Origin: an uncultured Thermoanaerobaculia bacterium
Lineage (GTDB): Bacteria; Acidobacteriota; UBA4820; DSQY01
Direction of reading: 5' to 3'
Length of the DNA stretch: 64,000 bases
NCBI GenBank assembly: GCA_964589625.1
Contig: CAZPSH010000007.1
Coordinates: 9,221 to 73,220 of the forward strand
Positions 50,125 through 60,902 of this stretch are shown piece by piece (positions within the stretch are counted from its first letter, which is position 1; the number at the start of each line of letters is the position of its first letter). A program made the translations under genes and the position numbers. The notes beneath the pieces are model-generated. The model was given only the letters and a program-made list of their open reading frames with translations. It was not told the origin of the DNA and made no database searches.

Positions 50125-50160
50125 CCTTCGAGAGATCCGGCCACCCGGCCGGACGGATCC

Positions 50161-51438
50161 TCATTCCTTCCGCTTCAGAAGGACGTAGAGGCGGCCGGGC
50201 TCCTTCATGCGCCCCGCCACGGCTTCCGCCGGCGCACCCTCTCCGCAAAAAAGGTCCACCCTACCGGGCCCCTGGATGGCACCCCCGGCGTCCTGGCACA
50301 GGACGATTCGGGACAAGGGGCTCCATCCGCGCAGCGCCCCCTCCCTCGACACGTCGGGCTTGCGAGAAAGGAGCAGGGCTGGGGCGCCCTTGGGAAAGAC
50401 CTTCGGGTCCAGGGCGATGGACCGCGCCGGGGTGAGGGGGACGTTCAGGCTTCCGTAAGGTCCACCCGTCTCGAAACGGAAGAAGGTGTAGCTCGGGTTG
50501 ACGTTCAGGCGTTTCTGCCTCTCCACTTCACCCATCGAGGCGAGGAGGAATCGGATCTCCTGCATGGAGGCCTGGTCCTCCGCCAGAAGGCCCTCCTCGA
50601 TAAGATGACGGCCCAGGCTGACATACGGGTGGCCGTTCTTCCCGTCGTACTGCACCCGAACCGTTCTGCCGTCCTCCAGTTGAAGGCGGCCCGATCCCTG
50701 AACTTGAAGAAAGAACACCTCCACGGGATCGGCCAGGTAGGCGATTTCCAGGCCCCTTCCCCTCAGGGCGCCGCCGCCGTCGATGTCCCCCCGGGAGTAG
50801 TACGGCACCAGCCGGTCCCCGGCCAGACGCCCCACGATCTTCGCGGGACTGCCGGCCAGGTGGAAAAGGGCCAGGTCAACGGTCACGAGGTCGGCGGGTC
50901 TGGAGTAAATGGGGTGGCGGAAGCGAGCGTCCGGCCTCAGCCGGCCCTGCAGGATCGGCTCGTAATACCCCGTAACGAGAAGCCCCCCCTCCTCCCCTTC
51001 GGGAGCGGGGACCCGGTAAGGAAGGAAGCGCTCCTTGACCCGAACCGCTTTCCCGGACCGGCCCAACCCTTCGTCCTCGGCGATGCGCAGGAGTTCCTTC
51101 ACCGAATCCGACGCATCCGAAGCGGGGATTTCCCAGGGACCGAGCCTCAGGGTCGTGGAGGGCGGCACCCGGCCGAAGTAGACCAGACTCTGCCGGCACG
51201 CCTCGGCGACCCCCGCCCAGTCGAGGTCGTCCGAGGCCTCCCCCACCTCGGACCACGCGCAGGGAACGGGGATCCGTTCGGGGGCGGGCTGCAGGACGGT
51301 CTCCCCCGCCGAGCGCTCCGGGCGTTCGGCGGGAGCCTGAACGGGCAGGGTGGGAACGCAAGGATGCCGTGCGCAGGCCAAGGCGAGTAGGACATACCCC
51401 CCGAGCCCCGCAATGGACTTCGGTCTCCGTATCCTCAT
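50161..51438 (-). CDS. mltA: membrane-bound lytic murein transglycosylase A
   Basis: Internal ATG (complement of 51436-51438). Signal/lipobox-like N-terminus (LLALACARHP), an MltA domain (TGYYEP...) and a 3D domain. Confidence 0.75.
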   Translation of the reverse strand: MRIRRPKSIAGLGGYVLLALACARHPCVPTLPVQAPAERPERSAGETVLQPAPERIPVPCAWSEVGEASDDLDWAGVAEACRQSLVYFGRVPPSTTLRLGPWEIPASDASDSVKELLRIAEDEGLGRSGKAVRVKERFLPYRVPAPEGEEGGLLVTGYYEPILQGRLRPDARFRHPIYSRPADLVTVDLALFHLAGSPAKIVGRLAGDRLVPYYSRGDIDGGGALRGRGLEIAYLADPVEVFFLQVQGSGRLQLEDGRTVRVQYDGKNGHPYVSLGRHLIEEGLLAEDQASMQEIRFLLASMGEVERQKRLNVNPSYTFFRFETGGPYGSLNVPLTPARSIALDPKVFPKGAPALLLSRKPDVSREGALRGWSPLSRIVLCQDAGGAIQGPGRVDLFCGEGAPAEAVAGRMKEPGRLYVLLKRKE

Positions 51439-51549
51439 CAAGTCGAGTGTACCGGGCCGGGGGCCTTCCGGACAAGATCGGACGGAAGAATCCCGGCTCG
51501 GGAATTCGGGCGGCCGGCCATCGGTTGTCCTCTTCGGAAGCGAGCTCGG

Positions 51550-51964
51550 AATGATTCCGAAAAAGAGGCGGCACAGCCGGCAGAGGGACCAACTCCTGGA
51601 AGTTCTGTTGAATGCGGACGACCATCCGACGGCAGACACCCTCGCCCGCCGGCTCGAAGATTTACACGGAAGGACCACTCTCTCCACGCTGTACCGCAAC
51701 CTGGAGATCATGGTCTCCAGCGGAATCATCCGACGGATCCGGTTGGACGTCGGACCCGACCGCTTTGACGCCAACCTTAGGCCGCACTACCATGTTGTGT
51801 GTAACCGTTGCGGCCGTCTGAGGGACGCCCCCGTCCGGAGGGAGGATCGTTGCAGGCTCTCCCTGCCGCGGGGCTTTCGCCCGGAAACATGGGAAGTCAC
51901 CGTTCGGGGCACCTGCGCCGGCTGCGCGGGGGAGGCCCATCCCTTTTCTGATCAGGAGGTGTGA
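51550..51964 (+). CDS. Fur-family metalloregulator (PerR-like by context)
   Basis: Winged helix followed by HYHVVCNRCG...C..C metal sites. Lies directly upstream of rubrerythrin. Confidence 0.75.
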
Positions 51965-51965
51965 G

Positions 51966-52385
51966 ATGCCGAGTTTGAAAGGAACCAAGACCTTCGAGAA
52001 CCTCAAAGCGGCCTTCGCAGGAGAATCAGAGGCCAACCGCCGTTATCTCTACTTCGCGCGCGAGGCGGACGTTGAGGGCTACCCCGACGTCGCCGCCGTA
52101 TTCCGCTCGACCGGAGAAGGCGAGACGGGGCACGCTTTCGGACACCTCGACTACCTCAAAGAGGTAGGCGATCCGGCCACGGGAAAACCCATCGGAGACA
52201 CCAAGCTCAACCTCGCCGCGGCCGTGGCGGGCGAGACCTACGAATACACGGAAATGTACCCCGGCTTCGCTCGCACCGCACGCGAGGAGGGCTTCGACGA
52301 GGCCGCCGACTGGTTCGAGACCCTGGCGAAGGCCGAGCGGGCCCACGCGGGCCGATTCCAGAAGGCCTTGGACGAAATCAAGTAG
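51966..52385 (+). CDS. rubrerythrin-family diiron protein (no rubredoxin domain)
   Basis: Ferritin-like E...ExxH motifs, duplicated: [11 protein letters not shown] / GETGH and [10 protein letters not shown] / ERAH. Confidence 0.85.
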   Translation: MPSLKGTKTFENLKAAFAGESEANRRYLYFAREADVEGYPDVAAVFRSTGEGETGHAFGHLDYLKEVGDPATGKPIGDTKLNLAAAVAGETYEYTEMYPGFARTAREEGFDEAADWFETLAKAERAHAGRFQKALDEIK

Positions 52386-52495
52386 CTTTCAGCAGGCGCA
52401 TCGCCTCCGCGGAGGCGCGGGGAAGGCCCCTTTCTGTAAGGAAGGGCAGCCCCGCTCCGCGCCTCCGCGGGCTGGCGGATGGAAGGGGGAGCGGA

Positions 52496-53779
52496 ATGAG
52501 CGAGAAGGGACTCGGGGGCATCAAGGAATTCGTTTTCGATCCGTTTCATCCGAAGTTCTACGACGGGCAGGACCTCCACGCGGAGGAGAGGCGCATTTTC
52601 GAAATTTGCCATGGGTGCAGGCTTTGCGCCTCGATCTGCCCCTCCTTCGATATCCTGTTCGACCTCATCGACTCCAGGGACATCCAGGCAGAGGCCCTGG
52701 AGGACAAGGATCTGGACGCGGTCATGGAGCCCTGCTTCTACTGTAAACTCTGCTACACGAAATGCCCCTATACCCCGCCGCACGAGTTCCGCCTTGACTT
52801 CCCGCACCTTGCCCTGCGGCATAAAGCCCAGAAGTTCAAGGAGAAAGGGGCGACGTTCGCGGGCAGGATGCTCGCGGACCCCGCCGGGATGGCGCGAAAG
52901 GCCCGCCCCGTAGCCGCCCTGGCGAACGCCGCGAACCGGAATCGGCTCGCGCGCAAGGCCATGGCCCCGGTCCTCAAGATCCATCCAGACGCACCACTTC
53001 CGCCCGTGGCCGCAAAGACCTTCACATCGCGATTCGGGTCTCTTCCGAAGCCCGCCCAGACCCGTGAGAAGGCCGTCCTCTTCACGACGTGCCTGGTGGA
53101 CGCCAACTACCCGGAGCTGGGTGAAACCCTGGTCAAGTTCCTCGCCTCCTGCGGCGTGGAGGTGATCCTGCCGGACGGGATCGACTGCTGCGGAATCCCC
53201 GCCTTCGACCTCGGGGACATCGAAACCACCGCCGCCAAGGCCAGGAAAAACGTGGCCGCCCTCCTGCCCTACGCCCGGGCTGGGATGCCGATCCTTACCC
53301 CGGTTTCCTCCTGCGCCATGGCCCTCGCCATGGAATACCCCCTCCTCGTCCCCGGAGAGGAGGCCACATGCGTAGCGGGTGCCTCGCGGGACCTCTTCGA
53401 CTACCTTGCCGACTTGAAGAAGCGGGGCCTCTGGCCCTCCACCGAGCCCCGTCCCTTGGGTGAAGTGGCCTACCACCTCCCCTGCCATCTGAAGCAGATG
53501 GGAGTGGGCTTCAAGGGACGCGACCTCCTGCGTGATCTGCCGGGGACCACCGTCAAGGTCATGGATGCCTGCTCGGGCCACGACGGCACCTACGGAATCC
53601 GGTTGGAGACCTTCGAGGCCTCCTTGAAGGTGGGCCGAAAGCTGTTCCAGAAGGTCCGGGACGCCTCCGGCCCCGTCACAACCGAATGCCCCCTTTCGGG
53701 CCTCCAGATCTCCCACGCCACCGGAAGGGAGGCCCTCCATCCCATCGTCCTGCTGGCCAGGGCTTACGGAATCGGGTGA
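52496..53779 (+). CDS. (Fe-S)-binding protein with two 4Fe-4S motifs and two CCG domains (GlpC/GlcF/HdrD-like)
   Basis: Two 4Fe-4S motifs ([12 protein letters not shown] and [12 protein letters not shown]), then two cysteine-rich CCG domains (TTCLVD...IDCCGIP and HLPCHL...[11 protein letters not shown]). Confidence 0.8.
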   Translation: MSEKGLGGIKEFVFDPFHPKFYDGQDLHAEERRIFEICHGCRLCASICPSFDILFDLIDSRDIQAEALEDKDLDAVMEPCFYCKLCYTKCPYTPPHEFRLDFPHLALRHKAQKFKEKGATFAGRMLADPAGMARKARPVAALANAANRNRLARKAMAPVLKIHPDAPLPPVAAKTFTSRFGSLPKPAQTREKAVLFTTCLVDANYPELGETLVKFLASCGVEVILPDGIDCCGIPAFDLGDIETTAAKARKNVAALLPYARAGMPILTPVSSCAMALAMEYPLLVPGEEATCVAGASRDLFDYLADLKKRGLWPSTEPRPLGEVAYHLPCHLKQMGVGFKGRDLLRDLPGTTVKVMDACSGHDGTYGIRLETFEASLKVGRKLFQKVRDASGPVTTECPLSGLQISHATGREALHPIVLLARAYGIG

Positions 53780-53825
53780 GGGAGCGCCTCGCGGCGCCCC
53801 GACATCCCCTAAACGGGAAGGTCCC

Positions 53826-54482
53826 ATGAAACCCCTTCAAAGAGGCGAAATCCTCGACCTCGTACAGTACGAAAAGCGGAGAAAAGACATCCGTGCCGAA
53901 CTCATGGCCCTCAAGGACCGGCGCCGCCTGCACCTGAACCCTTTTCTGACGCTGCTTTTCGAGAACCGTCGGACCATCTGGTATCAGATTCAAGAGATGA
54001 TGCGAGCCGAACGCATGGTGGAGGAGGAGGCCATCCTCGGAGAGATGGAGACGTACGGCCCGCTCGTTCCCGGCCGTGAGGAGTGGAAAGCCACCCTCTA
54101 CATCGAAATCCCCGACCTCGACCGCCTGAAGGAAACCCTTCCCAAGCTCGTGGGCGTGGAGAACACCGTATACGCCCGCATCGGGCAGGAGCGTGTCCGG
54201 GCCGTGGGCGAGGAGGGAAGGAGCCGCGAGGATTACACGAGCACCGTCCACTACCTCACCTGGTCCCTCCCCGCCGGGGCAAGGGAGAGCCTCCGCAAGG
54301 GCGCCCCGCTGTTCTTCGGTGTGGACCATGCAGGAGCCAGCGCCGAGGTGCCGGCAGGAGACTCCCTCCGGACGGAACTGCTCTCCGACCTCGACGCGGA
54401 GAAGGCGAACGGGCCGCCCTTCGAACCGGCCGCCGGGGGAAACCTGGGCGGCCCATTCCGGCCCCCTCCGGAGGGAACTTGA
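53826..54482 (+). CDS. DUF3501-family protein
   Basis: 218 aa protein with [24 protein letters not shown]...TLYIEIPD; my recollection is that this family co-occurs with CCG Fe-S proteins and rubrerythrin. The domain assignment comes from memory of the family, not from a search. Confidence 0.55.
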   Translation: MKPLQRGEILDLVQYEKRRKDIRAELMALKDRRRLHLNPFLTLLFENRRTIWYQIQEMMRAERMVEEEAILGEMETYGPLVPGREEWKATLYIEIPDLDRLKETLPKLVGVENTVYARIGQERVRAVGEEGRSREDYTSTVHYLTWSLPAGARESLRKGAPLFFGVDHAGASAEVPAGDSLRTELLSDLDAEKANGPPFEPAAGGNLGGPFRPPPEGT

Positions 54483-54504
54483 AAGGGACATCCCAAAGGA
54501 GGTC

Positions 54505-55383
54505 TTGGAGGGCCTCCACCGGCTCTCCCCGATCCGTCACTTCGCCGCCGCCGGGTCCTTGACGGCGGCTGCGGCCTCCCTGGCCTTCGGCCTCATCCTT
54601 CCGATCCCCCTGGAGGCCTGGATGCCTCTCTCCCTGCTCTTGGGGCTCTGCGCCTTCGATTACACGCTGCTCCTGCACGAGGCGCTTCACCGGCTGGTCT
54701 TTCCCGGCCGGCGGGTCGGCGCCACGCGGCTCCTTTCGCTCCTCTACGCCCTGCCGAGCGGGATCTCTCCTTCCCAATTCGCAAGATGGCACCTGGACCA
54801 CCACGCGGGCCGGGGCTCCGCCGAAGAGGACCCGAAGAGGGCCCGCCTCTCTCCCAGACGGAATGAAAGGTGGCTGAAGGCCCTCTACTTCACGCCTGCC
54901 CTGTTTTGGATCTATTTCCGCGCCGCGGCCGAGGAGACGGCTACCTACGTGCCTGCGCTCCGCCGGCGCATTCTGGCGGAAAGGGTCCTCGCCCTCGCGT
55001 TCCACTCGGCGGTGGCGGCGGCACTCCTTGGGGTTGTCGGCTTCGCGGGACTGATGAAGGTCTACCTCGTCCCCGTTCTCTTCGGATTCCCCCTGGCCTT
55101 TGGCCTGAACCGCCTCGGCCCGCACGACGACATGGATCCGGGCGATCCGGCCCGATGGGGGACCCGCATGCACCGTTCCCGGATCTGGGACCTTCTGTTT
55201 CTCGGATCCTCCTACCACCTGGAGCATCACTATTTTCCCGGGGTGCCCTTCTATCGCCTCGGGACTCTCAACCGCGCTTTGTCGCCTTTCTTCGAGTCCA
55301 AGGGCATTCCCGAGCCCTCCTATGGGTGGCTTTTGTGGAAGTACTTGGCGGAGAATCGTGCCCCGCACACGCCGTGGACCTGA
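54505..55383 (+). CDS. membrane fatty-acid desaturase / hydroxylase family protein (three His boxes)
   Basis: HEALH, HLDHH and HLEHH boxes with four TM segments. The start is uncertain (TTG at 54505 or ATG at 54622). The ORF-track frame opens at 54193, inside the DUF3501 gene. Confidence 0.7.
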   Translation: MEGLHRLSPIRHFAAAGSLTAAAASLAFGLILPIPLEAWMPLSLLLGLCAFDYTLLLHEALHRLVFPGRRVGATRLLSLLYALPSGISPSQFARWHLDHHAGRGSAEEDPKRARLSPRRNERWLKALYFTPALFWIYFRAAAEETATYVPALRRRILAERVLALAFHSAVAAALLGVVGFAGLMKVYLVPVLFGFPLAFGLNRLGPHDDMDPGDPARWGTRMHRSRIWDLLFLGSSYHLEHHYFPGVPFYRLGTLNRALSPFFESKGIPEPSYGWLLWKYLAENRAPHTPWT

Positions 55384-55392
55384 GCCGAGCCT

Positions 55393-56712
55393 TCAGCCCC
55401 GCCTCAGGATGAGGTACCCGGCCAGCCCCGAAAGGACCGACGCACCGAGGATCCCGACCTTGGCATGTGGGAGGAGTTCGCCCCCCCCGAAGGCCAGCCC
55501 GGCGATGAACAATGCCATCGTGAAGCCGATACCGGCCAGACAGCCCACGCCCGCGAGCGTGCGCCATCCGGCGCCATCGGGCATCGGACAGAGGCCGGTC
55601 CGCACGACGAGGTACGCGCCGGCAAGAATCCCCAGAGGTTTTCCGAGCAGGAGGCCGGCGGCCGTCCCGGCGGTCACCGGCCCCCACAGTCCCCCAGTCC
55701 CGCCGACGTCGAGGGCAACCCCCGCGTTCGCCAGCGCGAAGAGGGGCATGATCCCGAAGGTGACCCAGGGGTGCAGGGCGTGCTCGAGCCGCTGGAGGGG
55801 AGCCGAGGCTCCCTGGGCGGCCCCGGTAAGCCCGAGAAGGGCCTCGTGCTGGGAGGGCGTGAGGATGCGCCCCCTCGAGGTTTCGGAGGCGAACTCGCCG
55901 AGGTGCTTCCGCGCCTTTTCGAGGAAGCGGGGACCCTCCACGGCCACTCGAGCCGGGATCGTCATGGCGAGCAGAACCCCCGCCACCGTCGGGTGGACGC
56001 CCGACTTGAGAAAGAAAACCCATACGGCCGCACCCGCCAGGGCGTACAAGCCAAGGCTTCGCATGCCGAGGCGGGCCAGAAGAACGAGCCCTAGGAGCAC
56101 GCCCAGTCCGGCTCCAAGGTAGGCCATGCGGATCCCATCGCTATAAAAGATGGCGATGACGAGAACCGCGCCCAAATCGTCCACGATGGCCAGCGCCGCC
56201 AGGAACACCCTCAGCGCGGGAGGGACCCGATCTCCCAGCAGGGCCAGGACGCCCAGGGCGAAGGCGATGTCCGTCGCCATGGGAATCCCCCACCCCCCGG
56301 CGCCGGCGCCCCCCGCGTTGATCGTCATGTACAGGGCCGCGGGAACGGCCATCCCCCCCAGGGCCCCGGCGATGGGGAGAAGGGCCTGCCGCGGCGTGGA
56401 CAGCTCCCCCACCAGGATCTCGCGCTTGATCTCCAGACCCACGACGAAAAAGAAGAGGGCCATGAGTCCGTCGTTGATCCAGAGAAGGAAGGGTTTGGAC
56501 AGGAGGAAGGGTCCGGCCCCCACAGATATCCTCCAGGAAAAAGCCCCGGTGTAGGATTCGGCCCAGGGGGAGTTGGCCCAGGCCAGGGCCGCGAGGGCGG
56601 CACCCAGCAGGATCACCCCTCCGCCGGCTTCCGTCTTAAAGAACTCTTGGAAGGGCAGGGGTATCGCGACCCGGCCCCGCCCCGACTTGCCCCGAGCCGA
56701 CTTGGCGCCCAT
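55393..56712 (-). CDS. nhaA: Na+/H+ antiporter NhaA
   Basis: 439 aa, 12-TM protein with the NhaA signature blocks ([26 protein letters not shown]). Confidence 0.9.
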   Translation of the reverse strand: MGAKSARGKSGRGRVAIPLPFQEFFKTEAGGGVILLGAALAALAWANSPWAESYTGAFSWRISVGAGPFLLSKPFLLWINDGLMALFFFVVGLEIKREILVGELSTPRQALLPIAGALGGMAVPAALYMTINAGGAGAGGWGIPMATDIAFALGVLALLGDRVPPALRVFLAALAIVDDLGAVLVIAIFYSDGIRMAYLGAGLGVLLGLVLLARLGMRSLGLYALAGAAVWVFFLKSGVHPTVAGVLLAMTIPARVAVEGPRFLEKARKHLGEFASETSRGRILTPSQHEALLGLTGAAQGASAPLQRLEHALHPWVTFGIMPLFALANAGVALDVGGTGGLWGPVTAGTAAGLLLGKPLGILAGAYLVVRTGLCPMPDGAGWRTLAGVGCLAGIGFTMALFIAGLAFGGGELLPHAKVGILGASVLSGLAGYLILRRG

Positions 56713-56813
56713 TCGTCCTCCCGTATCCGCGTAGACGATCCCACACCGAACGTAATGGAATCTGGCACAGTCTACAGCAAACGGCGCCGCACCTTCTCGG
56801 GGAAGGTGATCGA

Positions 56814-57140
56814 ATGTTCAAGGAATTCAGAGAATTCGCGATGCGGGGCCACGTTCTGGACATGGCGGTGGGCATCCTCATTGGAGGCGCCTTCGGGAAA
56901 ATCATCAGGTCCTTCGTGGGCGACGTGCTCAGGCCGCCCATTGGCCTCCTCCTCGGGAAAGTGGACTTCTCGAACCTGTTCATCGAAGCGGAAGGGATTC
57001 CCCTTCTTCGCGATGGAGGAGACCGACGGGGGGGCACCGCTACGGCCCCGACCACGAGGGTCCCGGTCTGGGTGCACACGTCGTTGCCGTTGCCCTCGCG
57101 GACCGTAAGCGTCCACGTGAAGGTGCCCTCGCTGGCGTAG
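56814..57140 (+). pseudogene. mscL: mscL (large-conductance mechanosensitive channel), truncated
   Basis: The first 60-65 aa ([31 protein letters not shown]...[16 protein letters not shown]) are typical MscL. Homology stops near 57005, and the remaining open frame is antisense to a PKD fragment. Confidence 0.5.
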
Positions 57141-57623
57141 GAGTGGAAAACGCCCAGGGCCGTCCCGTGGGCCGATCCGTCCCCGAAGTCCCAGTCGTAG
57201 GAGGGAGAGTCCGAACAGCCCGTTGCCGTCGCCGATCCCGAGAACGCGACGAGCTGTCCTGTTTCGGTCGTCGCCGGGACCACCGCAGAGCAGGCGAGGG
57301 AACAGCCCTGGGCGTTCACCTGGATCGTGAGGTGGGAGTCGGTGGCCATGTCGGAGGCGCCGTCGGTGACCGTGAGGGACACCGGATAGGATCCGGCGGC
57401 GGCGTACGTGTGAGAGGGGGCCTGTTGGATCGAGGTCCCGCCGTCTCCGAAGGTCCACGCGTACGAGTAGGGTGGAGCCCCCCCCCGACGCAGAGGCCGC
57501 GAAGGCCACCTCCAGGGGCGCCGTCCCGCTCTCCGGAGCCGCGGAGGCCGAGGCCGTCAACGTGGAGGAATAGGCACAGAGTCCGGCGGAGGCGGGCGTT
57601 GGGCTGGCCACCGACAGGTTCAT
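57040..57623 (-). pseudogene. PKD-domain protein fragment, frameshifted at a G9 (C9 on the plus strand) homopolymer
   Basis: Reading across the C9 run at 57478-57486, the minus strand encodes ...GTAPLEVAFAASASGGG[shift]PYSYAWTFGDGGTSIQQAPSHTYAAAGSYPVSLTVTDGASD... and then ...[36 protein letters not shown]. These are two PKD repeats carrying the WxFGDG...HxY motif. I found no credible stop codon or C-terminus for this gene. Confidence 0.5.
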
Positions 57624-57691
57624 GGTCCCTGCGGAAAGGGCCAGTGTCCCGAGGGCCAGACCCGGGCTGCCGACTACGGCCGCGGTGGGGT

Positions 57692-58462
57692 CTTTTCGCC
57701 GGTCCGGTCGTCCTGATGATCCACTCGGGAAGCCGGGGCCTGGGCCACCAGGTGGGCGAGGAGTACATGGCCCTCGCGCGCTCCCGCCGCTATTTTGAAG
57801 CTCACCCTACCCGGGAGCTCTGCTTCATGCCCGTGGACTCGGCGGAGGGCCGGCGATACTTGGGCGCCATGAACGCAGGAGCCAACCTCGCCTTCGCCAA
57901 TCGGCACCTCATCGCCGCCCTCGTGAGGAAGAACCTCTCTGACCACCACCCTAACGCCAGAGTCTCCCTCCTTTACGACGTCCCCCACAACATCGCCAAG
58001 AGGGAGATCCACGGCGGGCGGGAGCTCTGGGTTCACCGCAAGGGCGCCACGCGAGCCTTCCCAGGGCCACGGATGCCAGGTACCCCCTTTGCCGAAACGG
58101 GCCAGCCCGTTCTCATCCCCGGTTCCATGGGAACCCGCTCCTACCTTCTTAGGGGGATCCCGGAGAATGAGGCCGCCCTGTGCTCGGCCAACCACGGCGC
58201 CGGCCGACGCCTGAGCCGGACGGCCGCGGCGGGGGTGCTCCGCCGGAGGGACGGAAAGGTACTGAGGCCCGGCGCCATCACGGACGAAGAATTCCGTCAT
58301 GCCATGGAGGGCGTGGACCTGGTCTGTGAAGACAGGGACTCCATCAAGGAGGAAGCGCCCCAAGCCTACAAGGACATCGGAGCCGTCATTGAGGCGGTCT
58401 GCGGGGCGGGGCTCGCGGAGGTGGTTGCCGTTCTGCGCCCTCTGGCGGTGCTGAAGGGCTAA
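57692..58462 (+). pseudogene. rtcB: RNA ligase RtcB, 3' half only
   Basis: PVVLMIHSGSRGLGHQV...MNAGANLAFANRHL...ANHGAGR match the C-terminal two-thirds of RtcB. The sequence upstream in this frame is antisense to the PKD fragment, so the first roughly 200 codons of rtcB are missing. Confidence 0.6.
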
Positions 58463-58471
58463 GGGAGGCAA

Positions 58472-60778
58472 CTACCGGGAGAGGTGCGGCGGCGCCTCCC
58501 CCGGATCTCCACCCGCAACCCGCGCGCCGGACTTCCGTCGCGCTGTATGGCCCTTCGGCTTCCAGAGGATGCCGAAGGAGAGGACTTGCACGCCACCCCG
58601 GCCGACGGGGAGGAGGGTCACCGTCTCCAAGTCCCCTCCGAGGAAGCGCCGAAGGTGGTCCTCCCGGGCCACGGCCAGGGCGGACGAGGCGGAGGCACGC
58701 TCGGCCCGGGCGTCGGCCAGGTCCGATTCGAGGGCCTCCAAGCGGTCCTCCGCCCGGTCGGCCATCCTTTTCTTGGAGGCCGTCCTGCTGATGGCCCCCC
58801 CGATGCTCCGCTTCGAGCCGAGTAGGCCGCCCAGCACCCCGATACCCACGGAGATGGCCGTGTCCGCGCTTCGGGCCTTCGACTCGGAGCGCTGGCTTTC
58901 CACCTTGATTTCCAGTTGACGTACGCGATCCTCCGCGCGCTCCAAGCGCCGGCGCAGCGGATCCAGCGCCTTGGCCTCCGCGGCCGCCCGGCGGGCCTCC
59001 CTCCTGGCGGTGACGCGGCTGCGGAAGGAGTCCTCGGGCTCCCCCGGCGCCTGCACTTCCCCCGTGACGGGATCCCTGAGGAGCTTCAGGACTCGGCGGG
59101 CGGAGAGGGCGGAGGCGGCGGCCTTTGCGGCGCGCTCCGGCTTCCAGGAGGAGAAGTACGCCGGCAAGGGGCGTGCCGATGCTCCCGCTCCGGGCCAGTC
59201 TCCCGAACCCATGCTTTCGGCGTCCAACGGGTCGGCCGCGAGGTCCGCCTCGAGCGTTGCGCCACCCAAGGGCCAAAGCACTTTTTGCACGAGGGCGACG
59301 GGGGGGGCCTTCGGAGCCGTTCGGTACGAAACCTGGACCTCCGCGGCCAGGTGGGGAAAAAGAACACCGGATCCCGAAAAGAAGGATGGCCAGCCGGCGG
59401 GAACGGTGGGAGGGTCTTCGCCTCCCGTCCGCTCCTCCGTAACGGGCACGGCCGCGGGCGGCGCGGCGCCCAGGAGCCGCTCCAGCTGCGGCGGGGCGAG
59501 CGGTCCGGCCAGGAATGACACGCAGTGGCGGGTCTCCATGAGCAGGGGGGCGTTCCGCTTCACGTCATGGACCAGAAACGTCCGCGGGGCGATCTCTCCG
59601 AGCCTTTCGGCGGCGTCCGCTCCTCCGGGGAGGGAGCCCAGGGCGTCCGCGACCCGCCTCCGGTCGGGTTCGGTCTGCAGGCGGCCGAGGAACCAGAGAC
59701 CGGCGTTGGTGAGCCCCTTGTAATCGAGGTCTACGGGGTTTTGCGTTGCGAGGACAACTCCCACGCCGAAGGCCCGCGCCTGTTTAAGGAGGGCGAGAAG
59801 CGGGGCCTTGGTGGGCGGGTTGGCCGGGTGAGGCGGGAAGTACCCGAAGACCTCGTCGAAGACGACCAGGGCGCGGAGTGTGTCACTCCCAGACTGGGAG
59901 CGCGTCCACGAGGCGAGTTCCCCCAGCAAGAGACCCAGGAAGAAGAGCCGCTGGGACTCGGGAAGGTGGCTGAGGGTCAGGACCGTCTGCGTTCCCGTCG
60001 ACGCGGGGCCCAGCCAGGCGTCCAGATCCAGGGCCGCCCCTGATCTCCAGGCCTTGAGCGCCGGGGAGGCGAGGAGGGCGTTGAGCCGGAGGGCGAGGGC
60101 CGTCCGGTCTTTCGGGGGGATGACCGTGTCCAGATCGAGGACGCCGATCCGATCCAATCCGGGCGACAGCACCTGCCGGACGAGGTCCTCGAGGGAGGGC
60201 GCCGCCCCACGGCCCCACAACTCCAGAAGGAGATGGGACAGGAGCAGCCCCTCGGGGCTCGTGGCCGGGTCGTCCGACAGGTCCGCCAGGGCCATCAGGG
60301 AAGCCGCCGCCGACAGGGCGCCCTCCTCCCTTTCCTCCTCGGGAGGTGAAGCGAAGCGCTCCAGGACGTTGACGGGCCGGAGTTCCGCCCCGGGCGTCAG
60401 TACGCGGACCGGCACCCGGGCCAGAGAGCGCACCGCGTCGGGACCGGGACCGAAGGCCTCCACACCCGCCCGCCAGCGTGAGGCCGTTTCTGGAGCCCGG
60501 CCCGCCTGGACGAAGGGAGCGAAGTCCTCGGGCCGAAAGTCGGGGAAAACCAGCAACCGGTTCGTCAGGTCCCCCTTGGGATCGAGAATCAGGGAGGGGA
60601 CGCCCGCCAATGCGGCCTCTTCCAGGAGATTGACGAGGAGTCCTGTTTTGCCGGACCCGGTCATACCGATTGCGGCGGCGTGGGTCGTGAGGCGATCGGC
60701 GTCCAGTTCATATCGCTGGGGTTCCGCCGAGGCCTCTCCGGCGGCCTTCGTGCGTCCCAAAAACAGGCGTGCGCCCAT
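58472..60778 (-). CDS. HerA/FtsK-like P-loop ATPase of the DUF853 (YjgR-like) type with a 250-aa C-terminal coiled-coil/TM extension
   Basis: 768 aa protein. Walker A at AIGMTGSGKTGLL, ILDPKGDL, Walker B/Asp box at LVVFDEVFGYFPP, and ATQNPVDLDY. The C-terminal 250 aa are Arg/Glu/Ala-rich coiled coil with one hydrophobic segment (ISVGIGVLGGLLG). Confidence 0.75.
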   Translation of the reverse strand: MGARLFLGRTKAAGEASAEPQRYELDADRLTTHAAAIGMTGSGKTGLLVNLLEEAALAGVPSLILDPKGDLTNRLLVFPDFRPEDFAPFVQAGRAPETASRWRAGVEAFGPGPDAVRSLARVPVRVLTPGAELRPVNVLERFASPPEEEREEGALSAAASLMALADLSDDPATSPEGLLLSHLLLELWGRGAAPSLEDLVRQVLSPGLDRIGVLDLDTVIPPKDRTALALRLNALLASPALKAWRSGAALDLDAWLGPASTGTQTVLTLSHLPESQRLFFLGLLLGELASWTRSQSGSDTLRALVVFDEVFGYFPPHPANPPTKAPLLALLKQARAFGVGVVLATQNPVDLDYKGLTNAGLWFLGRLQTEPDRRRVADALGSLPGGADAAERLGEIAPRTFLVHDVKRNAPLLMETRHCVSFLAGPLAPPQLERLLGAAPPAAVPVTEERTGGEDPPTVPAGWPSFFSGSGVLFPHLAAEVQVSYRTAPKAPPVALVQKVLWPLGGATLEADLAADPLDAESMGSGDWPGAGASARPLPAYFSSWKPERAAKAAASALSARRVLKLLRDPVTGEVQAPGEPEDSFRSRVTARREARRAAAEAKALDPLRRRLERAEDRVRQLEIKVESQRSESKARSADTAISVGIGVLGGLLGSKRSIGGAISRTASKKRMADRAEDRLEALESDLADARAERASASSALAVAREDHLRRFLGGDLETVTLLPVGRGGVQVLSFGILWKPKGHTARRKSGARVAGGDPGEAPPHLSR

Positions 60779-60902
60779 GGTTTCCTCCCGATCCCCTCAT
60801 GATACGCTGCGGGTCTCCCGCACGGTATCGAGCGAGTGTTCCCCGAAGCGCTTCGTTGCCGTATCCTGGACGGGCGGCGTCTCAGCGTCTCGAAAGGAGC
60901 TC

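Noticed and set aside
50135-50152. Short hairpin TCCGGCC-ACCC-GGCCGGA between the convergent GGDEF-PilZ and mltA genes.
   Set aside because: It is a 7-bp stem with no U-run on either side. It might act as a weak bidirectional terminator, but the evidence is insufficient to annotate it.
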